Assembly: GCA_965261355.1 (NCBI GenBank)
Contig: CBDHDK010000002.1
Coordinates: 731,304 to 795,303 of the forward strand
Direction: 5' to 3'
DNA from: Dehalococcoidia bacterium
Lineage (GTDB): Bacteria > Chloroflexota > Dehalococcoidia > Lucifugimonadales > UBA3495
Length of the DNA stretch: 64,000 nucleotides
Part shown: one piece after another, positions 26,572 through 35,825 of the stretch
How the letters are laid out: each line of letters begins with the position of its first letter
Numbering within the stretch: position 1 is the stretch's first letter
Program-made: the position numbers and the translations under genes
The notes under the pieces: generated by a model
Told to the model about the DNA's origin: nothing
What the model saw: the letters and a program-made list of their open reading frames with translations, nothing else
Database searches by the model: none

Positions 26572-26856
26572 ATGCCAGGCTCCGAACACGGCAAGGTAGA
26601 AGCGGAAATCGTCTATTGTGTGGCTTGAGGCTACTTCCCGGTCGCCACGTGGCTGGCGACGGAATTCTTCAAGTCCGACGCTCCCGGAGATGTCGCCATC
26701 AAGATGACCCCCTCCGACCGGGGGCGCCTCGAAGTGTACCTCGACGGCGAAGTGATCTTCGACCGCAAGACCGACGGCGGTTTCCCGGACCTCGGCAAGG
26801 TCAACGAGCTGAAGATGACCATTGCCGAGAAGCTGTTCGATCTCGACGATGTCTAG
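26572..26856 (+). CDS. SelW/Rdx-family selenoprotein (in-frame UGA = Sec at codon 19)
   Basis: ATG 26572, TGA 26626-26628, TAG 26854-26856. MPGSEHGKVEAEIVYCVA-U-GYFPVATWLATEFF...GRLEVYLDGEVIFDRKTDGGFPDLGKVNELK. The CxxU sits at the Rdx redox motif, and there is a hairpin 12 nt downstream. Absent from the ORF track. Confidence 0.75.
26641..26660 (+). promoter_or_regulatory. candidate bacterial SECIS hairpin
   Basis: gtcgcca-cgtggc-tggcgac, a 7-bp perfect stem with a G-containing 6-nt loop, starting 12 nt after the UGA. Confidence 0.5.
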
Positions 26857-26962
26857 CCGGACCGCTCCTTCTGTTCCCTTCCCCTCTGGAAGAGGGTTAG
26901 GGTGAGAGCGTTAACCGGCCCCTGCCCTGCGTCACCCATTACCACCTTCCCGGAGGATCATC

Positions 26963-27634
26963 TTGTCTGACCCTCAACACGTGGAAACCGTGCGGGCCGG
27001 GTCTGCCGCCATAGCCCAGTGGCGCGCCGACAACCCGGACGTTGAGCTTGATCTGCGCGGCGCTGACCTGCGGGGGGTGAACCTCGCCAGGGCAGACCTG
27101 CGCGGCGCGGCCCTATCCCGCGCCAGCCTTCCGGACGCCGACCTCTCGGGCGCAAACCTCGAGATGGCCGACCTTGGCCGGGCATCCCTCTCCGGCGCAA
27201 ACCTGGCTTCGGCCAACCTCACCAACGTCAACCTGTTCTGGGCCGACCTCAAGGGCGCCAACCTGAAGGACGCCGTGGTGCGGCACTGCCGGATGAACCG
27301 GGTTAACCTGATCGGCGCAACACTGCACCGGACCGACTTCAGCCAGTCGAACATGATCGAGGCCGACCTGCGCAACGCCGACCTCACGGACGCCCTGTTC
27401 GTCTCCGCCAACATGAACGGCGCCGACCTGTCGCGCTGCAGCATGAAGGGCGCGGACTTCACCCGCGCGATGATCCGGGACTCGATGTGGATCGCCACCA
27501 ACATGACCGGAGCCGATTTCAACCAGGCCAGCTTGCACCGCTCCGACTTCACCCTAGCCAAGTGGGACGAAACCACCCGCTTCCCCGACGGCTTCGACCC
27601 CGAGGACATCGAGTTCCTCGACGTGGGCGTCTAG
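26963..27634 (+). CDS. pentapeptide-repeat protein
   Basis: TTG start after CGGAGGA. About 30 consecutive A(D/N)LxX pentapeptides (ADLRGVNLARADLRGAALSRASLPDADLSGANL...). Confidence 0.9.
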   Translation: MSDPQHVETVRAGSAAIAQWRADNPDVELDLRGADLRGVNLARADLRGAALSRASLPDADLSGANLEMADLGRASLSGANLASANLTNVNLFWADLKGANLKDAVVRHCRMNRVNLIGATLHRTDFSQSNMIEADLRNADLTDALFVSANMNGADLSRCSMKGADFTRAMIRDSMWIATNMTGADFNQASLHRSDFTLAKWDETTRFPDGFDPEDIEFLDVGV

Positions 27635-27655
27635 GGCGGAGAGAGTGGCTCTGAT

Positions 27656-28627
27656 ATGCCCGCCATCCTCGTAACCGGCCCTGCCGCCTCCGGCAAGAGC
27701 AGCCTCGCTTACGGCTTGTTGGCACTGTTGCGGGACGCCGGCCAGTCTGCCGCCTACTGCAAGCCCTTCTCGGCGACACCGGACGGCGACGCCGACCACG
27801 CTTTTGCGTCCGAGGTGCTGGCGGAGGCGATTGGGATTACAGTCGGGCCACAACCACTTGAGCTTTCCGACGACCTGCCCAAGGCCCCTTCCGCCATCGC
27901 CGAGCTTTCGCGGCAGAACGACGTCGTCGTGGTCGAAACTGCGGAGGGTTCACCGGTGGCGGAGCTAGCCCAGTCCATCGACGCCCGCGTGGTGCAGGTC
28001 CTGCCCTACGCGCCGGGCCGAAACTGGGCCAACGCCGTCGACGAAGCTGCGGTACGCTGGGGCCGGCGCCTCGCCGGCGTGGTCGTCAACCCCGTGCCCC
28101 AGTACCGGAAGGAAGCGGTTGCAGCCGGAGCGGCCGGGTCTCAGGCGGATGTGGCAACTGCCGTCATACCGGAGAGCCGCGTCATGATCGCGCCAACTGT
28201 GGCGCAGATAGGCGAGCGGCTGCAGGCGGAGTGGACGCTGGAGCCGGTGAACGAGCACGCCATCATCGAGCGCTACCTGATCGGCGGCAACATCATGGAC
28301 AACGGGCCCACGTACTACGGCCGCTACCGGAATCAGGCCGTCATCGCCCGCGCCCAGCGGCCCGATATCCAGCTGGCGAGCATGCTCCCCCAGACCCGCT
28401 GCCTCGTGCTGACCGGACCCGGGGAGCCCACCGAGTACGTGAAAGCCGAGGCCCGGGAGCGCGACATACCGCTCCTGCAGGTGCCATCGTCCACCATCGA
28501 CACCGCCGACGCGCTGGACCGACTGCTCGGCGCGGCCACCACGCACCACCTGGCCAAGGTGCGCCATTTCTTCTCCCTCCTGGAACAGCACGCCACCGTG
28601 CAGTGGCTCGCCGGGATCGTGGACTAA
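27656..28627 (+). CDS. BioD-like P-loop + DRTGG-domain protein (resembles the N-terminal two domains of class II phosphotransacetylase, without the catalytic domain)
   Basis: 'ILVTGPAASGKSSLAYGL' P-loop. C-terminal '..CLVLTGPGEPTEYVKAEARERDIPLLQVPSSTIDTA' is DRTGG-like. Confidence 0.55.
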   Translation: MPAILVTGPAASGKSSLAYGLLALLRDAGQSAAYCKPFSATPDGDADHAFASEVLAEAIGITVGPQPLELSDDLPKAPSAIAELSRQNDVVVVETAEGSPVAELAQSIDARVVQVLPYAPGRNWANAVDEAAVRWGRRLAGVVVNPVPQYRKEAVAAGAAGSQADVATAVIPESRVMIAPTVAQIGERLQAEWTLEPVNEHAIIERYLIGGNIMDNGPTYYGRYRNQAVIARAQRPDIQLASMLPQTRCLVLTGPGEPTEYVKAEARERDIPLLQVPSSTIDTADALDRLLGAATTHHLAKVRHFFSLLEQHATVQWLAGIVD

Positions 28628-28871
28628 CCGGAGCCATTCGACCGGAGCATTCGCCACTGAACGCTCCAGTGACATTTATCCCTTGTCAGACTCGTTGACG
28701 TCCCGGTACCATTACATAAATGAATTGTTGACACCCCAGTCCGTCCGCACCGGCGATGTCACCCCATGGCAACTCGAACTTTCCGAAATGTTGCGCCCTT
28801 GGGAATCTTTTGCGTGGGCGTCTTCTCACTGGAGCCGGATGACGCGACTCGGAACGCCATCCACACACTTG

Positions 28872-29115
28872 GTCTAGCAATGGTCTCTCGGGGTCGGCAA
28901 ATTTATGTGTCTCAATTGAGGGCTAAAATGGTCGCCTTTGTTACAAGATGTTGCAGAATGCTACACCTTCACAAGAGGACCCTCTGATAATTAATGAGAC
29001 TAAGGCCACCACATGCGTCCTCTCAAAGGCATGGGATTTTGGCCCACCCCATCCACCGGAAGGAGGGGTTTCCGGGGGTTGGCAATCCCGGGACGAGGAC
29101 GCCCGATTGACCAGA
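28872..29115 (+). repeat. copy B of the conserved intergenic module
   Basis: 'gtctcaattgagg', phased hexamers GTTACA/GTTGCA/GCTACA (28940-28966), 'gataattaatga', 'gcatgggattttggc', 'caatcccgg', 'cgattgacca'. Aligns with copy A. Confidence 0.6.
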
Positions 29116-29155
29116 TCGTGCGACTCGAAACGCCATCCACGCGCTTCCGTTTACC

Positions 29156-29185
29156 TTGACGTCCGCCCCGCGCCGGGCATAGAAT
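29156..29185 (+). promoter_or_regulatory. sigma70-like promoter for the iscA-like gene
   Basis: TTGACG (29156-29161), 18-nt GC-rich spacer, TAGAAT (29180-29185). Same architecture and flanks as 11687-11715. Confidence 0.45.
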
Positions 29186-29241
29186 TAGCTTATCTGCCCG
29201 GCTTGGGGCAGGCATGCTGTCGCGACAGCAGCGGAGGGATT

Positions 29242-29598
29242 ATGCCTATTACCAGAGACGGCGTTGAATTGACGGTGGAAATCACCGAAAAGGCCGCCGA
29301 GAAGATCAGGTACTTCGCCGAGAAGGAAGGTGACTCGGAGGGAGTCGGTGTGCGTGTCGCCGTAAAGGGCGGCGGCTGCTCCGGCCTGACCTACGACCTG
29401 AAGATTTCCGGCGAGTACACCGACACCGACAAGGTGGTCGAGCAGTACGGCGTCAGGGTCATCGTCGACAAGAAGAGTTACATCTACCTTGTCGGCACTC
29501 AGTTGGACTTCTCCGACGGGCTGAACGGCAAGGGCTTCATCTTCGACAACCCCAACGCCAAGAAGGCCTGCGGCTGCGGCACCTCCTTCAGCGTCTAG
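29242..29598 (+). CDS. iscA: HesB/IscA-family iron-sulfur cluster insertion protein
   Basis: ATG 29242 after GGAGGG. '...VRVAVKGGGCSGLTYDL...FDNPNAKKACGCGTSF' carries the three conserved Cys. Confidence 0.9.
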   Translation: MPITRDGVELTVEITEKAAEKIRYFAEKEGDSEGVGVRVAVKGGGCSGLTYDLKISGEYTDTDKVVEQYGVRVIVDKKSYIYLVGTQLDFSDGLNGKGFIFDNPNAKKACGCGTSFSV

Positions 29599-29721
29599 CC
29601 TTAAAGTTGCCGCAACGAACGGCACGGCCCGATACGAAAGGCGCAAGCGCCGTCCTCCCTGAGCGAAGGCGGCGCTTTCACATTAGCCAACCAGAAAACC
29701 ACCCAAGGCCCGGAGGGTGCC

Positions 29722-30729
29722 ATGACTCTGCAGAAACCGGCCAACCAGGCCGCAGCGGCTCCATTCGGCGGACTCAGCGTCCATCGCACGGACTACGGAT
29801 GCCTGAAGGCCACCGGCGATGACTCCCTGGACCTGCTCAACCGCCTGTCCACCAACCGGGTGGACCACCTGGAGCCGGGCCACTGGGCGCCCACCGTGCT
29901 CACCAGCGACCGCGGCCGCATCGTCGACCTGCTGTGCGTCGTACACGCCGCCGAATGCGTCTACCTGCTGACCAGCCCGGGCCAGCAACAGCCGGTCATC
30001 GAGTGGCTGGACAAGTACACCATCATGGAGGACTTGGAGGTGGAGGACGTTTCCGGCTCGATGGCCGTCATAGCCCTCGCCGGGAACGAAGCCGCCGAGG
30101 CGTTGAATCTTGCAACCGATGAGCCGGACTATCTTCCGGGCCAGACCTATCCGGCGCCGACGGTTGACATCGGCGGCGCGGAGGCCATCTCGGTCGGCCG
30201 CCCGCTGGGCGAGCTGCCTTGTCGCCTGCTGATCACTCGCGCAGATGCAGCGGACGGCATCATCGCCGCGCTGGGCGCCGCGGGAGCGGAAGCTGTTTGC
30301 GACGAGGACTGGGAGACGCTCCGGGTCGGCAGCGGGGCCCCGGCCTTCGGCAGCGAGATGGGTGACCCGTACAACCCCCTGGAAGCGGGGCTGATCGGCG
30401 TAATCGACTTCACCAAGGGCTGCTACATCGGGCAGGAGGTCATCGCAAGGCTGGACAGCTATGACAAGGTGCAGAAATATATGGCCGTCCTGCACTTCTC
30501 GGAAGGCGCCGATGCGTCGGTCGGGGCTGCGTTGGCCCACGAGGGCCGCACGGCGGGCGAGGTGACGTCGCTGTATCGCACACTGGCCGGCGAGCTTCGT
30601 GGCCTCGGTTACGTGCGCACCGCCGCCGCCGAGCCGGGGCAGACGCTGGACCTCCAGGCTCCGGCTTCAGGCACCACCACGGTCGAGGCCACCCCCAAGC
30701 TGTTCGGACCAGGCCAGGACTTCAGCTAG
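29722..30729 (+). CDS. ygfZ: YgfZ/CAF17-type folate-binding protein (GcvT-like fold, Fe-S cluster repair/assembly factor)
   Basis: 335 aa. 'ATGDDSLDLLNRLSTN', 'FTKGCYIGQEVIARL'. Adjacent to the iscA-like gene. Confidence 0.75.
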   Translation: MTLQKPANQAAAAPFGGLSVHRTDYGCLKATGDDSLDLLNRLSTNRVDHLEPGHWAPTVLTSDRGRIVDLLCVVHAAECVYLLTSPGQQQPVIEWLDKYTIMEDLEVEDVSGSMAVIALAGNEAAEALNLATDEPDYLPGQTYPAPTVDIGGAEAISVGRPLGELPCRLLITRADAADGIIAALGAAGAEAVCDEDWETLRVGSGAPAFGSEMGDPYNPLEAGLIGVIDFTKGCYIGQEVIARLDSYDKVQKYMAVLHFSEGADASVGAALAHEGRTAGEVTSLYRTLAGELRGLGYVRTAAAEPGQTLDLQAPASGTTTVEATPKLFGPGQDFS

Positions 30730-30788
30730 GAGCCACGGGCCGCGGTCACCTTCCATTTAAAGATCGGCCGCGACTACGGTGGAGAGAA

Positions 30789-31403
30789 TTACCCGCCGTT
30801 GTATACGAAGTTGACCTTGCCGTCCGTACGCTCCACGCGGAACAGGGACCAGAACTCGTAACCGGCGGCCTCTATCGCCTCACGGCCACCCTCGTCCCGG
30901 TCTACGATGGTCAGGGCGTGGGTTACGTTCCAGCCGCTTTCAGTAGCGAGGGCAATCGTCTCCATCAGGGAACCTCCAGTGGTTACCACATCCTCGAGGA
31001 TGGCCACCGGACTCCCCGGCTCGGGGAACTGCCCCTCGGCCGCCGCTGCGGTGCCATGCTCCTTCGAGTCTTTGCGGTGGTAGAAAGCCCGGATGGGCTC
31101 ACCCTTTCGCAGGCCGCTGAGCAGGGCGACATGGGACACAATGGGAATCCCTCCGTAGGCAACGCCGCCCACGTGCCTGATTCCCTCTGTGTCCAGCTTG
31201 CGGACTAGCTGCGTGGCCACGAACAGCGCCCCTTGCGGATCCAGGGTCAGCTTCTTCGAGTCAAAGTAATATTCGGAGACCTTGCCAGACTTCAGGGTGA
31301 AGGTACCGAATAGCAATGCACCGGATTCCTCCAGCAACCGGGTGGGGTCTATCTCTGGTTGCTCACGGTTCACAGCGAGAGATTCAATCGTCATTCTAAA
31401 CAC
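30789..31403 (-). CDS. pyrE: orotate phosphoribosyltransferase
   Basis: 'FTLKSGKVSEYYFDSK', 'VAILEDVVTTGGS' (PRPP motif). Confidence 0.9.
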   Translation of the reverse strand: MFRMTIESLAVNREQPEIDPTRLLEESGALLFGTFTLKSGKVSEYYFDSKKLTLDPQGALFVATQLVRKLDTEGIRHVGGVAYGGIPIVSHVALLSGLRKGEPIRAFYHRKDSKEHGTAAAAEGQFPEPGSPVAILEDVVTTGGSLMETIALATESGWNVTHALTIVDRDEGGREAIEAAGYEFWSLFRVERTDGKVNFVYNGG

Positions 31404-31406
31404 CTG

Positions 31407-32018
31407 TCAGGAGTGGTAGAGCCTATTCTCCCGGATGTACTGCTCCACCGCGGCCGGTATGAGGCCACCCACAGACGCTCCGGCGGCGATGCGGCCTCGC
31501 AGCTCGCTGGCGCTGACGTCGATGGCGGTGGAGTCAATGCAGTCGACCCGGCCCCGTGCGTAGGGATTGCGCGCGTAGAAGCCGGGCCAGTCGAAGCCAG
31601 TGTAGCCCGGCCGGCTTACCGCTAGCAGTCTGGCCAGCTCCACCACGCCCTCCGGCTCCACCCACTGATCGAAACGCTCCAGCACATCGAGGCCCAAGAT
31701 GAAGCAGAGCTCAATATCCTCACCCAGCCGTTCGCGAAGCTCTCGCAGCGTCTCGACGGTAAGCGTTGGACCGGTGCGGTGCAACTCGACGTCCGATACC
31801 TCGAAGCCGGGTGTTTCGCCTATCGCCAACCGCAACATTTCCAGCCGCTGGTGCGCAGAGGCAGACGGTTCCCCCACCTTCAGGCGGGGCTGCGCGGCGG
31901 GAATGAAGATGATTCGGTCCAGGGCGGCCTCGTCCATGGTGCGCTGGGCGATCTCGAGGTGGCCGCGGTGCACCGGGTCGAATGTGCCACCGAGGATACC
32001 AAACCGGCTCAGAACCAT
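31407..32018 (-). CDS. nadD: nicotinate-nucleotide adenylyltransferase
   Basis: 'GILGGTFDPVHRGHL' (HxGH), '...ISASELR'. Confidence 0.9.
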   Translation of the reverse strand: MVLSRFGILGGTFDPVHRGHLEIAQRTMDEAALDRIIFIPAAQPRLKVGEPSASAHQRLEMLRLAIGETPGFEVSDVELHRTGPTLTVETLRELRERLGEDIELCFILGLDVLERFDQWVEPEGVVELARLLAVSRPGYTGFDWPGFYARNPYARGRVDCIDSTAIDVSASELRGRIAAGASVGGLIPAAVEQYIRENRLYHS

Positions 32019-33298
32019 TCGACTTCGACTTTGCCGATGCGGATGGTATCACCTACCTCAATGCCCTCGTCCATCAGACGGTCGGCCATGCCGGAACGTC
32101 GCATCTCACGCCATAGCTGCAGCAAGACGCGCTGGTCTCGGGTGTCGGCCAGGGCGCTCAGCCGCTCCAGACGCTCCGAATCGATGATGTACACCCCACC
32201 CTCAACGTGCACCGACTCGAGAAGCCGGGACTGGCGCGACGATCTGGTCGCTGCCACCGCGACGCCATCGTCATCAGGTTCGTCCTTGGGCATCTCGTTC
32301 AGGATGGCGGTAATGCGGGTCAGCATCGCATCTATGCCCTCGCCGGTGACCGCCGAGATGAACATTATGTCGCAGGACTCTCCGGTGGCTTCTCTTACCG
32401 CAGAATGCAGCCTCAAGGATAATTCGGAGCGCTGCTCTCGAACTTCGGTGACGTCCAGCTTGTTCACCACCACCATCTGCTTCTTGTCAGCCAGATCGGG
32501 GTTGAAATGGACCAGCTCGTCATGAACCATGAGATAGTCGGCCACCGGGTCTTCAGAAATGCCGTCGACCAGATGGACGTAGAGGCGCGCCCGCTCAGCG
32601 TGTCGCAGAAACTGGTGGCCCAGGCCAACACCCTTGTGCGCCCCCTCCAGCAGTCCGGGAATCTCCATCATCACGAAGTCGCTGTTGCCCGATCGCACCA
32701 CGCCCAACACCGGCTCCACGGTGGTGAAGGGGTAGTCGGCGACCTTGGCCTTGGCCGCCGAACAGCGGGATATCAGAGTGGACTTGCCAGCATTCGGACG
32801 GGCAAGGAGGCCGACGTCCGCCAACAGCTTCAGTTCGAGGAACAGCACCGCAGCGTCACCCTTCTCACCACGCTCGGCCAGCACCGGTTGCTGGTTGGTC
32901 GAAGTGGCGAATCGGCTGTTGCCCCAGCCTCCACGACCTCCGCGGCCAACGAGGACGGGAGTGTTGCTACGGATGTCGGTGAGGAAGTCGCGAGTGCCAT
33001 CGCGATTCATGCTCCAGACTTCGGTACCGAGGGGCACCGGGATATAGGTATCCGTACCGTTGGAGCCGCGTTTGTTTTTGCCCTTCCCGTGGCCACCGGA
33101 CTCGCAGTACACGGTGCTGTTGAACTTGATGTGCAGCAGGGTGTTGTAGGAATTATCACCGATGAGATACGCGGTGCCGCCGTCTCCGCCATCACCACCG
33201 TTAGGACCACCCTTCGGACGGTACTTCTCGCGAAGGAAGCTGGCGCAACCGTTCCCGCCGTTGCCAGCTCTTATATTCAGTCGAACTGTGTCAATCAT
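32009..33298 (-). CDS. obg: GTPase Obg/CgtA
   Basis: 'DTVRLNIRAGNGGNGCASFLREKY..GGPNGGDGGDGG' Obg fold, 'GLLARPNAGKSTL' G1, and an OCT-like C-terminus. Confidence 0.95.
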   Translation of the reverse strand: MIDTVRLNIRAGNGGNGCASFLREKYRPKGGPNGGDGGDGGTAYLIGDNSYNTLLHIKFNSTVYCESGGHGKGKNKRGSNGTDTYIPVPLGTEVWSMNRDGTRDFLTDIRSNTPVLVGRGGRGGWGNSRFATSTNQQPVLAERGEKGDAAVLFLELKLLADVGLLARPNAGKSTLISRCSAAKAKVADYPFTTVEPVLGVVRSGNSDFVMMEIPGLLEGAHKGVGLGHQFLRHAERARLYVHLVDGISEDPVADYLMVHDELVHFNPDLADKKQMVVVNKLDVTEVREQRSELSLRLHSAVREATGESCDIMFISAVTGEGIDAMLTRITAILNEMPKDEPDDDGVAVAATRSSRQSRLLESVHVEGGVYIIDSERLERLSALADTRDQRVLLQLWREMRRSGMADRLMDEGIEVGDTIRIGKVEVEWF

Positions 33299-33720
33299 GG
33301 CTTGTCCACTGGTTATATGTTATCGGATATATTTCTTAACAGAAAAAATGTGATGTCGAAGTCACAACAGTAATAAGGCCGTTGATATCGTTGACAACTT
33401 GATTCCGTTCATCAGTTTGGTTTGGGTCTCAAATACGCCTATGGGTCATCAACCGGCCTATTTTATCACGGACATCCTTGTCTTCCCGGTGCAGGCTTGA
33501 TTCCAAGCCTTGGATAATGTCATCAGGTGTCGGGAAATGTCTCCTGGAGCACTTCGTCTGCTCGATAAGATAACAACGTATAAGGCAGAGGAACGTTTAT
33601 CCAAGGTGGCGTTTGCCAACTGTGGAAGACGTATTATCCACATTTTTTGTAGGGCCGTGTTTGTTATGATTGGCAGGCGGATCCAAATCCTGCCGGCGAC
33701 TCTTCCGGCGAGGAAAATGG

Positions 33721-35064
33721 ATGAATTCCCGAATGACGTCGCTGGCCGTGCTGGTATCCATGGTGGTGCTTGCCTTAATGGCAGGTTGCGGACAGGGGGC
33801 AGGGGCAACGCAGGGACGCGAGTCAACCCGGGGACAGTCCGAAGGTGACGGGAAAGAGAGCTTGATGGTGAACCGGATAGCGTATGTGAACAACAGCGGC
33901 GACTTGCTGCTGATCAATCCCGACGGCACCGGCGAGGAGAGACTGACCGGCGATGTGCGGGCCGGGCTGCTGGCGCAGACACTGCAACGGGGCGACTCAT
34001 ACAGCTGGCCGACTTGGTCGCCCGACGGTTCGAGGCTGGTTGCCTCGCGAGTGTCTATCACGGGAGAGGGTGCCGGGCTTTCGCTGCAGGTGTTCGACGT
34101 GTCGACCGGGCGCAGGACGCCTGCCTACGAGAACGACGTGCCAGCGCCGGTGGCGGACGGAGCGGCGCACTACATCTACTGGTCTCCCCAAGGCCGCTAT
34201 CTCTCCTTCCTCGCGCCGACCCGTGAGGGCCTGGCCCTGTTCGTGCGAGACTTCGAGGGGACCGACGAGGCTGCGCCGCTGGTGGTCGGCGCGCCTCTGT
34301 ATTACCACTGGAGCCAGGATGACAACACGCTGGCGGTGCACAGCGGCGACCGCCTGTTGCTCACGGAGCCGAGGCGGGACGGAGCTCAGGCCCATATCGA
34401 TGCTGAAGCCGTTGGCTTCAGGGCGCCGGCGCTGTCGCCCGATGGAACGCAGCTGGCCTACGCGGCGATTGAGGGCGAGGTGCACGGGGTGTTCGTCCGC
34501 ACAGTGGGTCCGCCGCCGTTCACCGACATGGGGACGCCGCGACTGCTCTCCGAGACACGGGGGTTGGTGGTCTTTGCCTGGTCGTCGGACGGATCAGCGC
34601 TGGCAGTGTCAGAACAGGCCAGCCTGGGATCTCCGTTGCTGAATCGGCTGTCGGTCCATCCTGTGAACGGTTCGGAGGCCACCATGCTGGTCGACGAATC
34701 GCACCTGGCTTTCTTCTGGTCGCCCTCAGGGGACCGCATAGCATGGATCGGGGTGGACGCCGCAACCCGCGAGATGGAGCTGACCGTGTCGGCTGTCGCT
34801 GGCGGCGATCCGCGGCGCCTGTACCGCTTCAGTCCCACCGGTGAGTTCTTCACCTACCTCAGCTTCTTCGACCAGTACGGCTACTCCCACTCGCTCTGGG
34901 CGCCCGACGGGTCGGCACTGGTGGTGGCTGGCACGGAAGGACAGCAGGATGGCCGGCGCAACGGCAGTGGCCCGTCTGGGGGGCATATATACGTCGTTGA
35001 CGCTGACACTGGCACCACCTTGAGGATCGCGTCCGGGAAGGCGGCGGTGTGGTCTTGGAACTGA
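33721..35064 (+). CDS. PD40/TolB-like beta-propeller lipoprotein
   Basis: ATG 33721 after GAGGA. 'MNSRMTSLAVLVSMVVLALMAGC' lipobox. Repeated 'WSPDG..LA' PD40-like motifs. Confidence 0.7.
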   Translation: MNSRMTSLAVLVSMVVLALMAGCGQGAGATQGRESTRGQSEGDGKESLMVNRIAYVNNSGDLLLINPDGTGEERLTGDVRAGLLAQTLQRGDSYSWPTWSPDGSRLVASRVSITGEGAGLSLQVFDVSTGRRTPAYENDVPAPVADGAAHYIYWSPQGRYLSFLAPTREGLALFVRDFEGTDEAAPLVVGAPLYYHWSQDDNTLAVHSGDRLLLTEPRRDGAQAHIDAEAVGFRAPALSPDGTQLAYAAIEGEVHGVFVRTVGPPPFTDMGTPRLLSETRGLVVFAWSSDGSALAVSEQASLGSPLLNRLSVHPVNGSEATMLVDESHLAFFWSPSGDRIAWIGVDAATREMELTVSAVAGGDPRRLYRFSPTGEFFTYLSFFDQYGYSHSLWAPDGSALVVAGTEGQQDGRRNGSGPSGGHIYVVDADTGTTLRIASGKAAVWSWN

Positions 35065-35774
35065 GTCGTCTCTCACTGGCCTTGGGACTGCTCCTGGCAA
35101 TGGCGCTGGTGGCGTGTTCGCAGCAGCCCACCGCTACGTCGGCGCCCTCTCCCACTCCAGTAGATCCCCAGGCGGAGCTGCGGCGCACGGTCAACCGGTT
35201 ATTGGGACTGGAGTCGGTGTCCTTCGTTCTTGACCAGACCGTAGGAGCCACGGTGCTCACTTCGGGGGTCGAGATGAACCGCGCCTACGGCAGCGTGGGC
35301 ATTCCCGGCAAGTTCGACGTCACCGTGGAGGCCCTGATGGGCAACCTGTACGTGGAGCTGGGAATGGCGAGTGTGGACGGCACCTCGTATATGACCAACC
35401 CCATTACCGGCCAGTGGGCCGAGGTGCCGACGGAGTCCATTCCCATCAATCTGCTGACCCTGGGCCGGACCCTGGCCGGGATCGTAGAGGCGGTGCAGGA
35501 ACCCATGCTGGTGAGCCAAACCACGTTGGAGGACCTGGACGTATATCACATACGCGGTGGCATCCAGTCCCAGGACCTCCGCGAGCTGGTGCCGGGAGCC
35601 GATGACGGTTATCCGGTAATGCTGGAGATGTGGATGGAGCGCCAGGACGGCACCCTGCGCAAGGCGACCATAACCGGCCAGGTAACCGACGACGACGTCA
35701 CGGACGCCCTCCGGGTTCTGACGCTGGACGACATCAACCAGCCGGTCACCATCGAGCCGCCGCCGGGATTCTGA
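35049..35774 (+). CDS. LppX/LprAFG-family (LprG-like) lipoprotein
   Basis: GTG start overlapping the previous gene. 'LALGLLLAMALVACS' lipobox. Size and pattern fit DUF1396. Followed by an MFS pump, as in the mycobacterial lprG-p55 pair. Confidence 0.65.
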   Translation: MVLELSRLSLALGLLLAMALVACSQQPTATSAPSPTPVDPQAELRRTVNRLLGLESVSFVLDQTVGATVLTSGVEMNRAYGSVGIPGKFDVTVEALMGNLYVELGMASVDGTSYMTNPITGQWAEVPTESIPINLLTLGRTLAGIVEAVQEPMLVSQTTLEDLDVYHIRGGIQSQDLRELVPGADDGYPVMLEMWMERQDGTLRKATITGQVTDDDVTDALRVLTLDDINQPVTIEPPPGF

Positions 35775-35825
35775 CCACGATATGAGAATCCCCGCAAATT
35801 CCCTCGCCTTCGGGGGAATTTAGCT

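Noticed and set aside
28683-28987. Small ORFs 28683..28877 and 28766..28987 upstream of the iscA-like gene
   Set aside because: They overlap the conserved non-coding module (copy B), whose homologous copies do not preserve any reading frame.
33458-33848. ORFs 33458..33826 (-) and 33510..33848 (+) in the obg upstream region
   Set aside because: The amino-acid composition is unconvincing. They overlap each other and the signal-peptide start of the PD40 lipoprotein gene, and have no RBS.
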